Assembly: GCA_963765205.1 (NCBI GenBank) | Contig: CAVXVB010000007.1 | Span: 356,901-420,900 of the forward strand | Direction: 5' to 3' | Source: an uncultured Verrucomicrobiae bacterium | Lineage (GTDB): Bacteria > Verrucomicrobiota > Verrucomicrobiia > Opitutales > JABDGR01 | Length of the DNA: 64,000 nt | Part shown: positions 45,279 to 56,787 of the stretch, in pieces | Layout: each line of letters begins with the position of its first letter | Position numbering within the stretch: position 1 is the stretch's first letter | Notes under the pieces: generated by a model | Told to the model about the DNA's origin: nothing | Seen by the model: the letters and a program-made list of their open reading frames with translations, nothing else | Database searches by the model: none | Program-made: the position numbers and the translations under genes

Positions 45279-47525
45279 ATGAATACCCACCTGTCTTCCG
45301 GCCTGCGCCGCCTCTTTGCGTTCATTTCTATTTCCACGGCCCTCGCCGTGCCCGCCCTCCGCGCCGCAGATGCCTCCGCGCCGGTGGTGGAAAAGCCTGC
45401 CGCCTCCACTCCCGTGACCCTCACCGAGGATGAGCGCACTTGGACGCTGGACAACGGCATAGTCAAAGTGGTGATTTTGAAAAATTCCGGCAACCTGCAG
45501 TCTATGATTTACAAGGGCCGGGAGACGATGGGCAACGGGAACGCCCGCGCTTCGGGGATTTGGGAGCAAGACCCTTCCGCCGCGGCGCGTTCCGGCGGCT
45601 TGACCGACGCCGTCACAATTGACCCGGTGAAAAACGGCGGCGCGCGCGCCGAGGTCTCCGTCAAAGGCGTCACCGGCGGCCAGATTCAGTTGGGTGCCGG
45701 TGCGGCCGGCGGCGGCACGTATTGCGACATGGAAATCCGCTACGCCCTCGGCCGGGGTGAAAGCGGCGTTTACACCTACGCGATTTTCTCCCACCCGGCC
45801 TCCTACGGCGCGGCGAGTGTGGGCGCGGAGAGCCGCTTCATCATCGAGATGGACCGCTCCTATGACTGGATCTCGGTGGACAAGGACCGCAACATGCTCG
45901 AATGCGCGCCCACCGACTGGGGCACCGGCGTGGTCGTCCATGCCAAGGAGCAGCGCATCATGAGCGTCGGGGTCTATAAAAATTCCGTCGAGCACAAATA
46001 CAGCTATTCCGGCGTGCAATATAAGTGCCCGGCCTACGGCTGGTCGAGCACTGCGAACCACGTCGGCATCTGGTTAATCAACCCGACCATCGAATACTTG
46101 AGTGGCGGCGCGACGAAACAAGAACTCGACTGCCACTTTGGCGATAATGGCAATCCGACGCCGATCATTCTCGATTACTGGAAAGGCAGCCATTACGGGC
46201 GCAATACCTCCTGCAACATTGCCGCCGGCGAAGACTGGAACAAGGTCGTCGGCCCGATTTTTGTGTATGTCAACGCGTTGTCCAATTACCAGACGCCTTC
46301 GCAGGCGGACTTGGACACGCTGGCGGCGACCGCGGGCAACCCCACTGTGCCGGCGGCTTGGACGAACAATGCGAACGCCCTGTTTCAGGATGCACTGGCG
46401 CAGGCGAAAAAGGAAAACGCGGCGTGGCCGTATGACTGGGTCAACGGCGTGGATTACCCGCACTTAAATGAGCGCGGGAACGTCACCGGCCAGCTTGTGC
46501 TCAACGACCCCTACGCGCCCGCGCCCTTGACCAAGCTGGCCCACCTGACGGTCGGCCTGGCCTATCCGGATTCCGCTCCCGCCGCCGGCGGCGCGGGCGG
46601 CGGGCGTGGTGGTGCCGGTGGCGGCGGCACGACGTGGGTCACGGACGGCAAACATTACGAATTTTGGAATGACGGCAGCGAAGACGGCAAATTTACGATC
46701 ACCAAAGTCCGCCCGGGCAATTATACCCTCCACGCCTTTGCGGACGGCGTGCTGGGTGAATTCGCGCAGGCCAACATCACGGTGGAAGCCGGCAAGACGC
46801 TGGACTTGGGCAAGCTGGAATGGAAGCCCGTGCGCTACGGCACGCAAGTCTGGGAAATCGGTTATCCCGACCGCAGCGCCGACAAGTTCTACAAGGGCGA
46901 CGGCGCGAATTACTGGCTCTGGGGCTGGAACTTGCGCTACGCGTTGCTGTATCCGAACGACCTAACCTACACCGTCGGCCAGAGCGACTACCACAAGGAT
47001 TGGTTCTTCGAGGAGGTCCCCCATGCGACAGACCTTTCCTTTGTTAATCCCGAGGCCAAGGATCCCGCCAACCAGCGCTTTGGCTGGGTGAAGGCGTTTT
47101 CCCTGAATGACTATCCGCAAACCGACACCACCGGCCCCTGGCGGATGTGGGGCCGCGGCCGGGCGACCACTTGGACGATTAAGTTCAACATGGATAAGTC
47201 GGTGCAGGGAGTCGCGACCTTGCGCGTGGCCTTGGCTGGCGCCGACGGCGGTGGCGGCCTCGCGGTGGCCGTTAACGGTCAGAGTGTTGGGGCCATTCCC
47301 GTGATGGCCACCAACGCCATTCGCTACAACACCGATCAAGGTGTTTGGCAGGAATGTTACCCCATGGGGTTCGACGCCGCGTTGCTCAAGCCGGGGGAAA
47401 ATGAAATGACGCTCACGGTTCCGGGTGGTGACCTCCAAAGCGGGGTTGTGTGGGACTATTTGCGGCTGGAGTTGAACCAGAATTACAAGGTGGACCGCAC
47501 GCCCATTACCCCGCCCAAGTCGTGA
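45279..47525 (+). CDS. Rhamnogalacturonan lyase (PL4 family)
   Basis: Signal peptide, LDNGIV, VEHKY, EYLSGG, VRPGNYTLHAFADGV, WEIGYPDRS, DYLRLE. Confidence 0.85.
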   Translation: MNTHLSSGLRRLFAFISISTALAVPALRAADASAPVVEKPAASTPVTLTEDERTWTLDNGIVKVVILKNSGNLQSMIYKGRETMGNGNARASGIWEQDPSAAARSGGLTDAVTIDPVKNGGARAEVSVKGVTGGQIQLGAGAAGGGTYCDMEIRYALGRGESGVYTYAIFSHPASYGAASVGAESRFIIEMDRSYDWISVDKDRNMLECAPTDWGTGVVVHAKEQRIMSVGVYKNSVEHKYSYSGVQYKCPAYGWSSTANHVGIWLINPTIEYLSGGATKQELDCHFGDNGNPTPIILDYWKGSHYGRNTSCNIAAGEDWNKVVGPIFVYVNALSNYQTPSQADLDTLAATAGNPTVPAAWTNNANALFQDALAQAKKENAAWPYDWVNGVDYPHLNERGNVTGQLVLNDPYAPAPLTKLAHLTVGLAYPDSAPAAGGAGGGRGGAGGGGTTWVTDGKHYEFWNDGSEDGKFTITKVRPGNYTLHAFADGVLGEFAQANITVEAGKTLDLGKLEWKPVRYGTQVWEIGYPDRSADKFYKGDGANYWLWGWNLRYALLYPNDLTYTVGQSDYHKDWFFEEVPHATDLSFVNPEAKDPANQRFGWVKAFSLNDYPQTDTTGPWRMWGRGRATTWTIKFNMDKSVQGVATLRVALAGADGGGGLAVAVNGQSVGAIPVMATNAIRYNTDQGVWQECYPMGFDAALLKPGENEMTLTVPGGDLQSGVVWDYLRLELNQNYKVDRTPITPPKS

Positions 47526-47556
47526 AGACATTTTTTCACGGGGGGTTTCCATCACC

Positions 47557-49059
47557 ATGATGTGGACTCGCAATATCGGTTACTTGGCCGGCACTTTGGC
47601 TTGTGCCGCCATTGGCAACGTGCTGGCGGTTGCTGCGGAAACGGTGACGCCACCCGCTGACCCAGCGGCCAATGCCACCACGGGCACGCAGGGCACGGAT
47701 GAAGCGACCTTGAGCGACACCCAGCGCGCCGCTTTGGAGAAAAGCGCGGATGCCGCCGCGCAGGCCGCCAAAATGACGGTGGAGAAAGCCAACCCGCAGC
47801 ACCTGCCCGCCTTTCCCGGCGCGGAGGGCTTTGGCGCGCTCGCCACCGGCGGGCGCGGTGGGACGATTTATCATGTCACAAACCTGAATGACGGCGGCCC
47901 CGGCTCGTTCCGCGACGCGGTCAGCCAGCCGAACCGCATCGTCGTGTTCGACATCGGCGGAACCATCAAAATCGTCCAAGCCATTGACGTGAAAAGCAAT
48001 ATCACCATCGCGGGCCAGACCGCGCCGGGCGAAGGCATTTGCATCTACGGCAACGGCGTTTCCCTCGCTTCGAACACCATTGTCCGCTATCTGCGCTTCC
48101 GGCAGGGCGTCGCCGGCGACCGTGGCAAGAAGGCCCTCGGCATGGATGGCAGCGGCAACATCATCATTGACCATTGCTCCATTGCCTGGGGCCGCTGGGA
48201 CAACGTCGGCATGACCGTGGGGAGCACCAATATCACTTTGCAATACTGCATCGTGGCCGAGGGCGTCAACCCGCAGAGCTTCGGCGCGCTCATTGACACG
48301 GTGACCAACATTTCCCTCAGCCACAACCTGTGGATGAGCAATGAAAGCCGCAATCCCAAGGTCAAAGGCACAGTCCAGTTCGTCAACAACATCGTTTACA
48401 ACTGGGGCGGCACCGGCTTGTGCGGCGGCCATTCCGGCGCCAACCACGACCTGGATGTCATCAATAATTATTTCATCAAAGGCCCCTCGTCCAACAACCG
48501 CTTTGCCGGGGAGTTCTTCGCCACCGACCATGTTTACCAGGCCGGCAACTATGTGGACCTCGACGCCGACGGCCAGCTCAACGGGAAGTTGGCCGCGCCA
48601 GAGGATTTCCACCGTGCCGATGAAAAGACCTACACCCTGCCCACCTTTGTCAATGCGCCCGTCATGCACCCGCTGATTCCCCTCACCGTGGACAGCGCGC
48701 AAACTGCCTATGCCAAAGCGGTGGCCGGCGCCGGTTGCTCCCTGCACCGCGACGCGGTGGACACGCGCCTTATCACCGAACTGACCTCCCTTGGCAAACT
48801 GGGCAAAACGCTCCCCCACACCGACGCCCAGGGCGAGGCCCTCGCCGGCGGCCTCGGCGAGATCAAAAGCGGCCCGTTGCCGGCGGGCGCGGCCCGCAAC
48901 GGCATCCCCGACGATTGGGCCAAAACGCACGGCCTCGACTCCCAGGATTCCGCCGCCGCCACCAAACTCGACCCCTCCGGCTATATGAACATCGAAGTCT
49001 ATTTCAACAGCCTCGCCCCGCCCGCGCCCGACGCGCAGGCCGCGCCGGCGGCGAAATGA
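47557..49059 (+). CDS. Pectate lyase (PL1-like)
   Basis: LPAFPGAEGFG..ATGGRGG, VTNLNDGGPGSFRDA, TIAGQTAPG, IIDHCSIAWG, RNP. Confidence 0.9.
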   Translation: MMWTRNIGYLAGTLACAAIGNVLAVAAETVTPPADPAANATTGTQGTDEATLSDTQRAALEKSADAAAQAAKMTVEKANPQHLPAFPGAEGFGALATGGRGGTIYHVTNLNDGGPGSFRDAVSQPNRIVVFDIGGTIKIVQAIDVKSNITIAGQTAPGEGICIYGNGVSLASNTIVRYLRFRQGVAGDRGKKALGMDGSGNIIIDHCSIAWGRWDNVGMTVGSTNITLQYCIVAEGVNPQSFGALIDTVTNISLSHNLWMSNESRNPKVKGTVQFVNNIVYNWGGTGLCGGHSGANHDLDVINNYFIKGPSSNNRFAGEFFATDHVYQAGNYVDLDADGQLNGKLAAPEDFHRADEKTYTLPTFVNAPVMHPLIPLTVDSAQTAYAKAVAGAGCSLHRDAVDTRLITELTSLGKLGKTLPHTDAQGEALAGGLGEIKSGPLPAGAARNGIPDDWAKTHGLDSQDSAAATKLDPSGYMNIEVYFNSLAPPAPDAQAAPAAK

Positions 49060-49111
49060 ATTTCTTGCCTGCGGCAACCTAATCCAATATTGAAGGTCTA
49101 AACTTTTCGCC

Positions 49112-49657
49112 ATGAAACACTTTTCCCGCTTCTTCTTCCTGCTCCTGCTGGCGCTCGGTCTGGGCGCTTGCTCGAAGTCGGCAACCCCGGCCGCCGCCGC
49201 CGCGCCCGCCACGATGCCCGCCACGACCACCATCGTCGGCAAACCCTACCCCTTCAGCACGTCGGTCGTTTCCGGTGTGAAGCTCGGCCCCAAGGCGGCC
49301 ACCGTCAACTTCGTGCAGGACGGCTACCAGGTCAGACTCGCCAGCGCCGACGAAGCCGACACCTTCAAGAAAAATCCATCGGTCTACATGGCCAAAATCA
49401 CCGAGGCCTACAAAACCGCCCGCCCCTACCCGCTGACGACCTGCCTGGTGATGGGCGACGTGCTCGACAACACCGCCTATTCTTTTGTTTATGAAGGCCG
49501 CGAAATCAAATTCTGCTGCGACAGTTGCATGGACGATTTTGAAAAAGACACCGCCAAATACGTGAAAATCTGGGATGACGCCGCCGCCGCGAAGGCCGCA
49601 AATATCACCCAGACCGCGCAGGGCGCTGCGACGCCAGCCGCCCCGGCCAAAAATTAA
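49112..49657 (+). CDS. Lipoprotein with YHS/TRASH-like domain
   Basis: LGAC lipobox; YPLTTCLVMGD..YEGREIKFCCDSC. Confidence 0.75.
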   Translation: MKHFSRFFFLLLLALGLGACSKSATPAAAAAPATMPATTTIVGKPYPFSTSVVSGVKLGPKAATVNFVQDGYQVRLASADEADTFKKNPSVYMAKITEAYKTARPYPLTTCLVMGDVLDNTAYSFVYEGREIKFCCDSCMDDFEKDTAKYVKIWDDAAAAKAANITQTAQGAATPAAPAKN

Positions 49658-49675
49658 TCGCCTGCCGCACCCCGT

Positions 49676-50704
49676 TCACCGCGCGCCGAGCTTTGGGTTG
49701 GTTTGAATTTTCAGCAGCGAAGTCGGCGACGGGTCCACCCAGCCGTTGAAGCGCATCCATTCCTCGCACAGCTTCGGCCAGATTGAGGTGGGGCCGAAAT
49801 TCGCATCCAGCCCCGAGCCATGCGTGGCCAGCGGATACAGATGCAATTCCGCCGGCACGTTGAATTTCCGCAAGGCCTCGTAGAACATCAGTTCATTTTC
49901 CTCGCTCACGGTGGTGTCCTGCTGCGAATGCACGAGGAACGCCGGCGGGGTGTTCGCGCTGACGTGCTTTTCGAGCGAATAGTGGTCAATCATTTCCTGA
50001 GTCGGATGGGCGCCGATCAAATTGCTTCGCGATTGGTCGTGCTCGTTGGGGGCCTCCATCGTCAGCACGGAAAACAGCAGGATCATGAAATCGGGCCGCC
50101 CGCTGACCTTGTCCAACTCTGCGCCGGTGTTCACGACTGGATCATCGAACAGGGTGCCCGCGCTCGCCGCCACATGGGAGCCGGCCGAGTCGCCCAGCAC
50201 GCCAATTTTATTGGGGTTGAGGCCCAATTCCGCCGCGTGCGCGCGCAGGAGGCGGATCGCGCGAATCACGTCCTGCTGCGGCGCGGGCGCGCCGAATTCC
50301 TTGCAGCGGTAAACGAGGGTGAAAACGGTGACGCCGAGGCGGTTGAAAATCGGCTCGATGGAACCGCCCGTGTTGACATGGACGTAGCCGCCGCCGGGGC
50401 AATAAATCAGCGCCGTCCCATTCTGCGGCGTGCCCGCCGGCGGCAAATGCACGAACATTCGCGGGTTGCTGATGTTGGTGTAGGTCGTCCCCGAAACGGT
50501 CTCCGGCCCGATATCCTTCCACCCCGGCACGCCCTCGGGAAAGAGCTGTATGACCTGGCCACTTTGGAGCGGCGTGGCAATGGCGGCGTCATAAGTTGGC
50601 GCGGCTTTCGGGCTGGCGGCGGGCGCGGGGGCATCCGCGGCGGAAACGAGGGAAGCCAGCACCAGCGGGAGCAGGGCGAAGCGTGAAAATTGGGAGACTT
50701 TCAT
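49676..50704 (-). CDS. Secreted alpha/beta hydrolase (carbohydrate acetylesterase-like)
   Basis: CPGGGY, GDSAGSH nucleophile motif, RPDF, TPPAFLVH..D, HG. Confidence 0.88.
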   Translation of the reverse strand: MKVSQFSRFALLPLVLASLVSAADAPAPAASPKAAPTYDAAIATPLQSGQVIQLFPEGVPGWKDIGPETVSGTTYTNISNPRMFVHLPPAGTPQNGTALIYCPGGGYVHVNTGGSIEPIFNRLGVTVFTLVYRCKEFGAPAPQQDVIRAIRLLRAHAAELGLNPNKIGVLGDSAGSHVAASAGTLFDDPVVNTGAELDKVSGRPDFMILLFSVLTMEAPNEHDQSRSNLIGAHPTQEMIDHYSLEKHVSANTPPAFLVHSQQDTTVSEENELMFYEALRKFNVPAELHLYPLATHGSGLDANFGPTSIWPKLCEEWMRFNGWVDPSPTSLLKIQTNPKLGAR

Positions 50705-50899
50705 GGGGTAGGGGAGCGAAATGCTAAACCTGCCTGCCACCCCGCTCAACGACAATAATTTGAGGCCTTCGACACTTTGTTCGATAAGAAATTGAAACCG
50801 CAGATTGCGCAGATCACCCAGCCGCTTGCGGCGGGAGTGGCGCAAATTTTAACCCTCCACCCTTCGCTTCACGCGGGGTCACTCCCGGCGGCATCACTC

Positions 50900-51584
50900 C
50901 TGCTGCTTGCGGCTGGGAGGGCCTGGGCGCCACGGTCGTGTCGCTGGGGGCTGGCATCGGCGCAGGGCGCTGTTCGCGGACCGTTGAGCCACCGCGACCG
51001 GAGCCACTGGCGCGGAGCCGAATCCAATCACCAGCCAAACACAAGTGCCCACCAGCACGCCCATCAACAGTCCGCCGCCATACAACATCCAATCTTGTCC
51101 CAGCCGCGCTCGCAGCGCTGCACTTAATGACATTGAAGCCTCGGGGGGGCTAACCACGGGGGGCGCGGCCACGGGAATTTGCACAGCCGCGGCCGCGACC
51201 GGAATCTTCGCCGCCGCCACGGGAACCTTCGCGGAGGCAACGACTGGCGCCTTGCGCCGCGCTCGCGGTCGATGCCGTTGCCGAGGTCGGTTGCGCTTTG
51301 GGCACGCTTCGCGCCGCGGGAAGCGCCGGCGGCACCACCGCCGCGGCTTTCGGTAGTTCGGCCACCGGCTTGCTCGTCGCAGACGGCGCGGCGGACCCGA
51401 TCGCCAACTCTACCGAACTGGGCTGCTCGCCGGCCGAGCGCGTCCAACCGACCGGCGGCACGATTTGCACCATGCTCCCACACTTGGGGCAAGCAAGAAT
51501 ATCCCCGATCGCCGACTCATCTTTGACCTTGAGTCGGACCCGACATGTCGTGCATTGGATAGTGAACAGTTCCACGGCAAGCAT
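50900..51584 (-). CDS. Zn-ribbon membrane protein (planctomycete-type), frameshifted and 3'-truncated
   Basis: CTTC...LACPKCGSMV, Pro/Ala linker, TM segment in ORF 50894..51220. Confidence 0.65.
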
Positions 51585-51775
51585 TCGAGTTGTCAGGTGC
51601 GTCGTCAGTCGGCCGTTCCATTCGGCCGCAATAAAACGGGGGCCGGCTCAAGTCGACTCGCGACAAATCCCAAGAAACGGCGAAGCCCGCGGCACGCGCG
51701 CCTCCATTTTCCACGTCGCCGCTGGCTGACCAGTATCCAGTATAGTGCCAACGGCCGGTGGCCCAATGCGCCGGC

Positions 51776-54700
51776 TTACGTTTTTCTGGGGGAAGTTTTC
51801 CCGCTGGCATCGGGTTGGGAGGCCGGGCTCGCATCGAATTCCGGGGGAATCTTCTCTCCCCGCTTGGCGGCGGCGGCGCGGGTGGTGACGAATATCGCCT
51901 CGCGGTCGCCTTGCGGCCTGACGACATATACCAGCTTGCCTTGCGGATTGGCCAGTTTCAGCACCTTTTGCAAGATGTCGCCGGCCGGCTGCTGGCGCTC
52001 GTCGAGCCCGAACGACTGGTTCTTCGTGATCCCCTCCAATTGCAGGTCGGGGCCAAGAATAACGACGTCCACGTCGATCTCCTTGGAAAGCATCTCGAGG
52101 CACCGTTCCAGCGTGTCGCGCGGAAAACTCAGCGAGATCTTTTTCCGCAGCGCCGCCTCCGTCGTCGGCCGCTCTTTGGTCTGCGCGGCCTGGCGGCCGT
52201 CGGTTCGCCGGGCGACTCCAACAGCGCCAGATCGGCGCCGAGCAGCAGGTTGTGCGCGGCGATCCCCGGCAGATAGCAGCGCAACACGGCCTGGCGGTTT
52301 TCGGCGCCGCTGCGCGTATAGTCGCTCAGCAGCCGCATCATGGCGGAAAGCGCATCACGATCAGCCGGCCATAGGGCTGCGGTTCGAGCGAGGCCACGTA
52401 CGTCTCCACCTCGTTGGCCGCGGTGTCCAGCCGGGTCCGCAGCAGCTCGCCGACGCGCCTGCGGCATTTTCTCGGTCGTCCCGATTGCGCAGCTCCAAAA
52501 ACAAATCGTCTCCGAGTTGGCGCTCAGTGAAACGGCCTCGATCGTTTCGTCCAGAAAAGCGGCCAGCGGATCGCGCAGTTGGGCCAGGCTGCCGACCAGC
52601 AGGCCCTTGCCGTCGGTCAGCAAATAACTCGGCGCCAGCAGCAGATTGAACTGCCGCGAGCTATCCGTGTCGCGCAGCAACCGCTCGATCCCCTTGCGCA
52701 GCAGCGGCGGGCCGTCCTGCGCCAGGATTTCCTGCATCATCGCGTCCGGCGAAATCACCACCACGCGCCCCGCTCCATCGGCCGGAAGATAGTAGGCAAA
52801 CCGAGCGCCCTGAAAGTATTTCTTCGACCCATGTTCAGCGGCCCGCGGGCTCGACCAGCGCTCGAGCAGCGTCGCCTCGGGAATGTCGCCACGCAAGGCG
52901 CAGGCTGAACGTCGTTTGCAAATCGCCGGCTTCGTTCGGCAGCCAAGCGATCGTCAATTGCTCCACGTCCGTCAACTCGACACCGAGGATCGCGGTCAAT
53001 TCCGTCTTGGCCAGGTCGCCCGCCGGACCGAGCGCGTCGAACAGTTTCGCCCCCTCGGAGCTCGCCAGCAGTTCGGCCGGCCGCCAGACCAGGATCACCT
53101 TGCGCCGGACGGCAGATAATCGAGCGTCGAAGAGTGCGCCGCCGGGGGGCGCGGCCCACAGCGTCTCGCCATCGTCGTCCACTTCCGCCGCGGCTTTCTT
53201 GGCCGTGCCCCTCGGCGTCAAGGATTCACTTACGCCCGGCTCCGCCGCCGTCTCGCCAGCCGTCGATTCGGCAGCGCACTGCTATCTGCTCGTTGACCGC
53301 CACGCCGGCATCCGGCGGCGGCGCTGTCTCGTCCGATCCGCGCAATGCGAACCCCGCCACCACGACCACGGCCACCAGGGCCAAAGCAACCCCCGCGCCG
53401 ACGATCGTCGTATTCGAAAACCGCCCTTGCGACGCCTTGGCCCGAGTCGAGAAACTCGACATACGCGGCGCCTCCCAAGCGCGTTGGCATCTGGCGTCTC
53501 TTCGCCGGACGAAGCCGCCGTGTCCGCCGGCGATTGCCGTGCCTCTCGTGTGACGCCCGCGTCCGCCTGACCGGGGTCGTCCCGTTGCGTTCCGGCCGTC
53601 TCCTTGGGCTCGCCGCCGGTGTCGCTTCACCCAACGTTCGTGGTTTGTCCGCCACTGGCTTGAGGATTGGGGACTTGGGCATTGGAGTGCCGGGCATTGC
53701 CGGTTTGGGCATCGCGGGCTTGCTCGCCGCGGGTTTCGGCGGCGTGGGCTTCGCTTTGGCGATTTCCCCCTGCTCGGGCGCCGCTGGCGTGGGCTTCGGT
53801 GCCGCGCGATCCGCCGGCGGAGTCGCCTTTGGGCGCGACGTTCGCGGCCTGTTGCGGCGGTGGCTGCCAGGCCGGCGCTTGCCAGACTCCGTAGCCGGGC
53901 GCGGCGTATTGCTATCGAGTCTCGGCGGGCCGGCCGTGGTGTGTTTCGAGCCCGAAGCCAGCGGCGCCAAGAGATGGGCCACCTGGCTCGCCGTTTGACA
54001 GCGCAGTAGCGGTTCCTTGTCGACCATCTCGGCCACAAGATCGGCCACGTCCTCTGGCACGCCCGGCATTAGGCGGTCGACCCTTTGCGGCACTTCGGAT
54101 TGATGACGCCGGAGCTTTTGCTGCATCGTGCCGCCGGCAAACGGCACCCGACCGACGAGCAACTCGAACAGCGTGCACCCCAGCGCGTACAAATCGGTCG
54201 AAGGGCTGCACGCCTGGCCCGCATCCGCCAGCTCGGCGCGCAAATAATCGGCCGCCGGCAACTCGAACCGCTTCATGGCCGCGGCATCCCGCGTCAGCGG
54301 AAACTGCAACAGCCGCGTCGTGCCCGCCGAGTCGATCCACAAATTCTCGGGACAAACCCCGCCGTGCGCGATCCCCTGCGCATCCGGCACCACCAGCCCC
54401 AACGCAGCCTGAAAGCCGACGCGGCAGGCCGCCTCCCACGAGAACTTCTGACTGCCCAGCGCCTCGCGAAGGCTTTGGCCGGCCAAATCCCCCAGGACGA
54501 CGAAAGCGTGCGCGTTGGAGATCTGCAACTGATAAACACGGTTGACGTGCGGGCTGCGGACGGTCGTTGCGGCCGCGGTCTGCCGCTCGATGTCGTCCAC
54601 CGGGTCGCCGCGCCCCGCCAACTGGGCCGCGAAGATCAACAGCACGGCTTGCGTTTTCTTGTACGTCGCCCGATAGCAATGCGCGAGCCGGCCGGTTTCG

Positions 54701-54945
54701 ATCCGCTCGCAAACGACGAAATCGCCAAACACGAACGGCCCGGGCCGCCCGGCCGCCAGCAACGAAGCTTGATACCTGCTACAGCGCCCGCCGGCCACGA
54801 GCCACTCGGCCAGGCTCGCACAGTTCGCCTGCTCGGCCGCCCCCTTCATGGCCGCGAACGCGGCGTGCAGCTCCTTGCACCGCGGAGCCGAAAGCAGCCC
54901 GCTGGCAACGGCTAGCTTCCAAAACTCGAGGATAGAAACGCTCAT
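51776..54945 (-). CDS. Planctomycete-type Ser/Thr kinase-like membrane protein, multiple frameshifts
   Basis: EFWKLAVASGLL...SRYQA..L..GRPGPF, HGGVCPENL, DLYALGCTLFELLVG; C-terminus ILGPDLQLEGITKNQSF. Confidence 0.75.
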
Positions 54946-55102
54946 GCAGCCAGCGGTTTGGCCCGCGGGGCGCCAAACATCGTTAAAGCCCTGCCCGCCA
55001 GGTGCCCAGTCGCGCGCACGTGTTCCGGAGTCTACCAATGTACCACGCCGAATGCGCAGGCGTGCAAAAAACCGACGGTGCGGGGAGTGCGTCGGTCTGA
55101 AA

Positions 55103-55342
55103 TCAAGTTTCCGCGATTTTTTTTGGCCGGCGAGTCGGACCGCGCTTATTGTCTCGTTGCTTTTGCTCCTTGGCCTTTTCCTTCTTCACGATTACCGCCT
55201 CGTTCGCTGCCAGCCGACGAGCGACCCAGCGCGGATCGTCTTTATCGTTGGGATCACTGAGCTTCTTAAGAAGCGAGACACGCTTCGCCTTGATGCGGGT
55301 CAATTTCCACTTCTTTCTTCGACCGACTCGCGGGATGGCCAT
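55103..55342 (-). CDS. Array unit A: basic 79-aa hypothetical protein
   Basis: The ORF fills the space between two motifs; its stop abuts the end motif. Confidence 0.6.
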   Translation of the reverse strand: MAIPRVGRRKKWKLTRIKAKRVSLLKKLSDPNDKDDPRWVARRLAANEAVIVKKEKAKEQKQRDNKRGPTRRPKKIAET

Positions 55343-55364
55343 TCGTGGACCTCGAGGGAGTGGG

Positions 55365-55631
55365 TCAGTCTGAAATCAGTTCTTTGGAAATCGCCCGACC
55401 GTGGCTTTGGCGTCGAAGCCAGCGGAACCGCCAAAACTGCCATGCGCAGTATCCGAGAACGATGGGAAACCACCACAGGCTAGCTGCTCTGTAGCCAATG
55501 ACCTGCTCGACCTGAGGATGAAAGAGCATTGCGCACAGGCCCAGGACCGTACCCAATACGCAATAGGCAACACACGAAAAGAGGAGGTCGGAAGCAAGTC
55601 CGGTCAAGTATTCTTTGCGGCCTTCGCTCAT
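55365..55631 (-). CDS. Array unit B: 88-aa 2-TM protein
   Basis: TATAAT-6nt-ATG (MSEG); ends ISD* within the motif. Confidence 0.75.
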   Translation of the reverse strand: MSEGRKEYLTGLASDLLFSCVAYCVLGTVLGLCAMLFHPQVEQVIGYRAASLWWFPIVLGYCAWQFWRFRWLRRQSHGRAISKELISD

Positions 55632-55699
55632 AGCCCCATTATAGGGCGGGAGGGGTTCAGTCTGAAATCAGGTTTTCGAAAACAGCTCCTGGCATTCCG

Positions 55700-55974
55700 C
55701 CACGCTAAAGTTGAACGCCTCCGAAATTCACCAGCAGAATCGCGAATAAATACAAGGTTCCGATTGCCAGCCCGACGGCCAGTCCTCAAGCGCGGATAGC
55801 CAAGTAGTTCTCCCATCGCGGCGAACGGGCTCACCGCCAGCACTAAAGCTCCGGCGAACAGTATGAATGCGTTCATTTGGTCCGGGGAACCGAAGCAAAC
55901 GACAGTCGCGACGAAGCAAGCGGCGCCCAGTACGCAAACCGAGGCCAGCGTGGTTTGTCGGGGACTTTGCTCAT
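55700..55974 (-). CDS. Array unit C: small membrane protein, frameshifted
   Basis: TATAAT-8nt-ATG MSKVPDKPRWPRF, hydrophobic segments in shifting frames. Confidence 0.5.
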
Positions 55975-56012
55975 TGAGGGCCATTATAGCCAGCCGAGAA
56001 ACAGGCAGTGCG

Positions 56013-56498
56013 TCAGTCTGAAATTGGATTTTTGGAAATCCGCTGCGGCTTTTCTTGCAACTCGAATTTCAACGTCCTTATCTCATCATTGAAGTTGCGC
56101 CGTTCCTCGTCTGTGTACGATTGCAGACCTCGGTAGAGCGAATCGTTGTACTCGATGATTGCCGACAGCTTCAAAGCCCACAAAAGCGTGGCAGCCATCG
56201 CCACTAGGGCCACAATCGTCAGACTTTGGCGCGAATCGACAAATCGATACCGCTTTTCTAGCCTGCCAGAAACGAGATTCCAGACAATAACTCCGATTCC
56301 AATCCAAAGCACGACTCCGGATGCTGCTGCCGCCAAGACAAGGTTCGGGAAAGCCAGCGGCAGCCCTTCGACGATCAGGGAAGGCGGGTTCGTAGACAAT
56401 CCCGCCACGACGGCCGCAATCGTCACCGCAATAAACGTCGCTTGCAAGCTATAGGCAAAGCGCCATCGTCGACGGTATTTTCCTGAACCTTCGCTGAT
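56013..56498 (-). CDS. Array unit D: membrane protein with planctomycete RRRW-x-SL-x-T motif; ATC at the start position
   Basis: CATAAT-8nt-ATC AGC GAA GG in frame; RRRWRFAYSLQATFIAVT; ends NPISD*. Confidence 0.7.
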   Translation of the reverse strand: MSEGSGKYRRRWRFAYSLQATFIAVTIAAVVAGLSTNPPSLIVEGLPLAFPNLVLAAAASGVVLWIGIGVIVWNLVSGRLEKRYRFVDSRQSLTIVALVAMAATLLWALKLSAIIEYNDSLYRGLQSYTDEERRNFNDEIRTLKFELQEKPQRISKNPISD

Positions 56499-56546
56499 AA
56501 AGAGCCATTATGGGCGAGCCGGAGGGCAAAACGAAAGTTCCCTCAC

Positions 56547-56762
56547 TCACAAAGTGCGGCACACTGTATCCGAACTGCCGTAGGCTGTCCGCACGAATCC
56601 CTCGGCCCGAAAAAACAGGATCGCCCCGACGACCAGATAGACCGCGGAACCGATCATGGCCTCAGGCGCCGGCAAAGCGGCGGTCATCGAGATTGCCCCA
56701 TTGGCGATCAACCACAGCCCAATCGTCCTAACTGCCACGCCGAACAATTCCTTTGCATTCAT
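56547..56762 (-). CDS. Array unit E: 71-aa 2-TM protein (lacks both motifs)
   Basis: MNAKELFGVAVRTIGLW; AGGGG upstream. Confidence 0.65.
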   Translation of the reverse strand: MNAKELFGVAVRTIGLWLIANGAISMTAALPAPEAMIGSAVYLVVGAILFFRAEGFVRTAYGSSDTVCRTL

Positions 56763-56787
56763 AACGCGCCCCTGAATTGGTTGTGCA

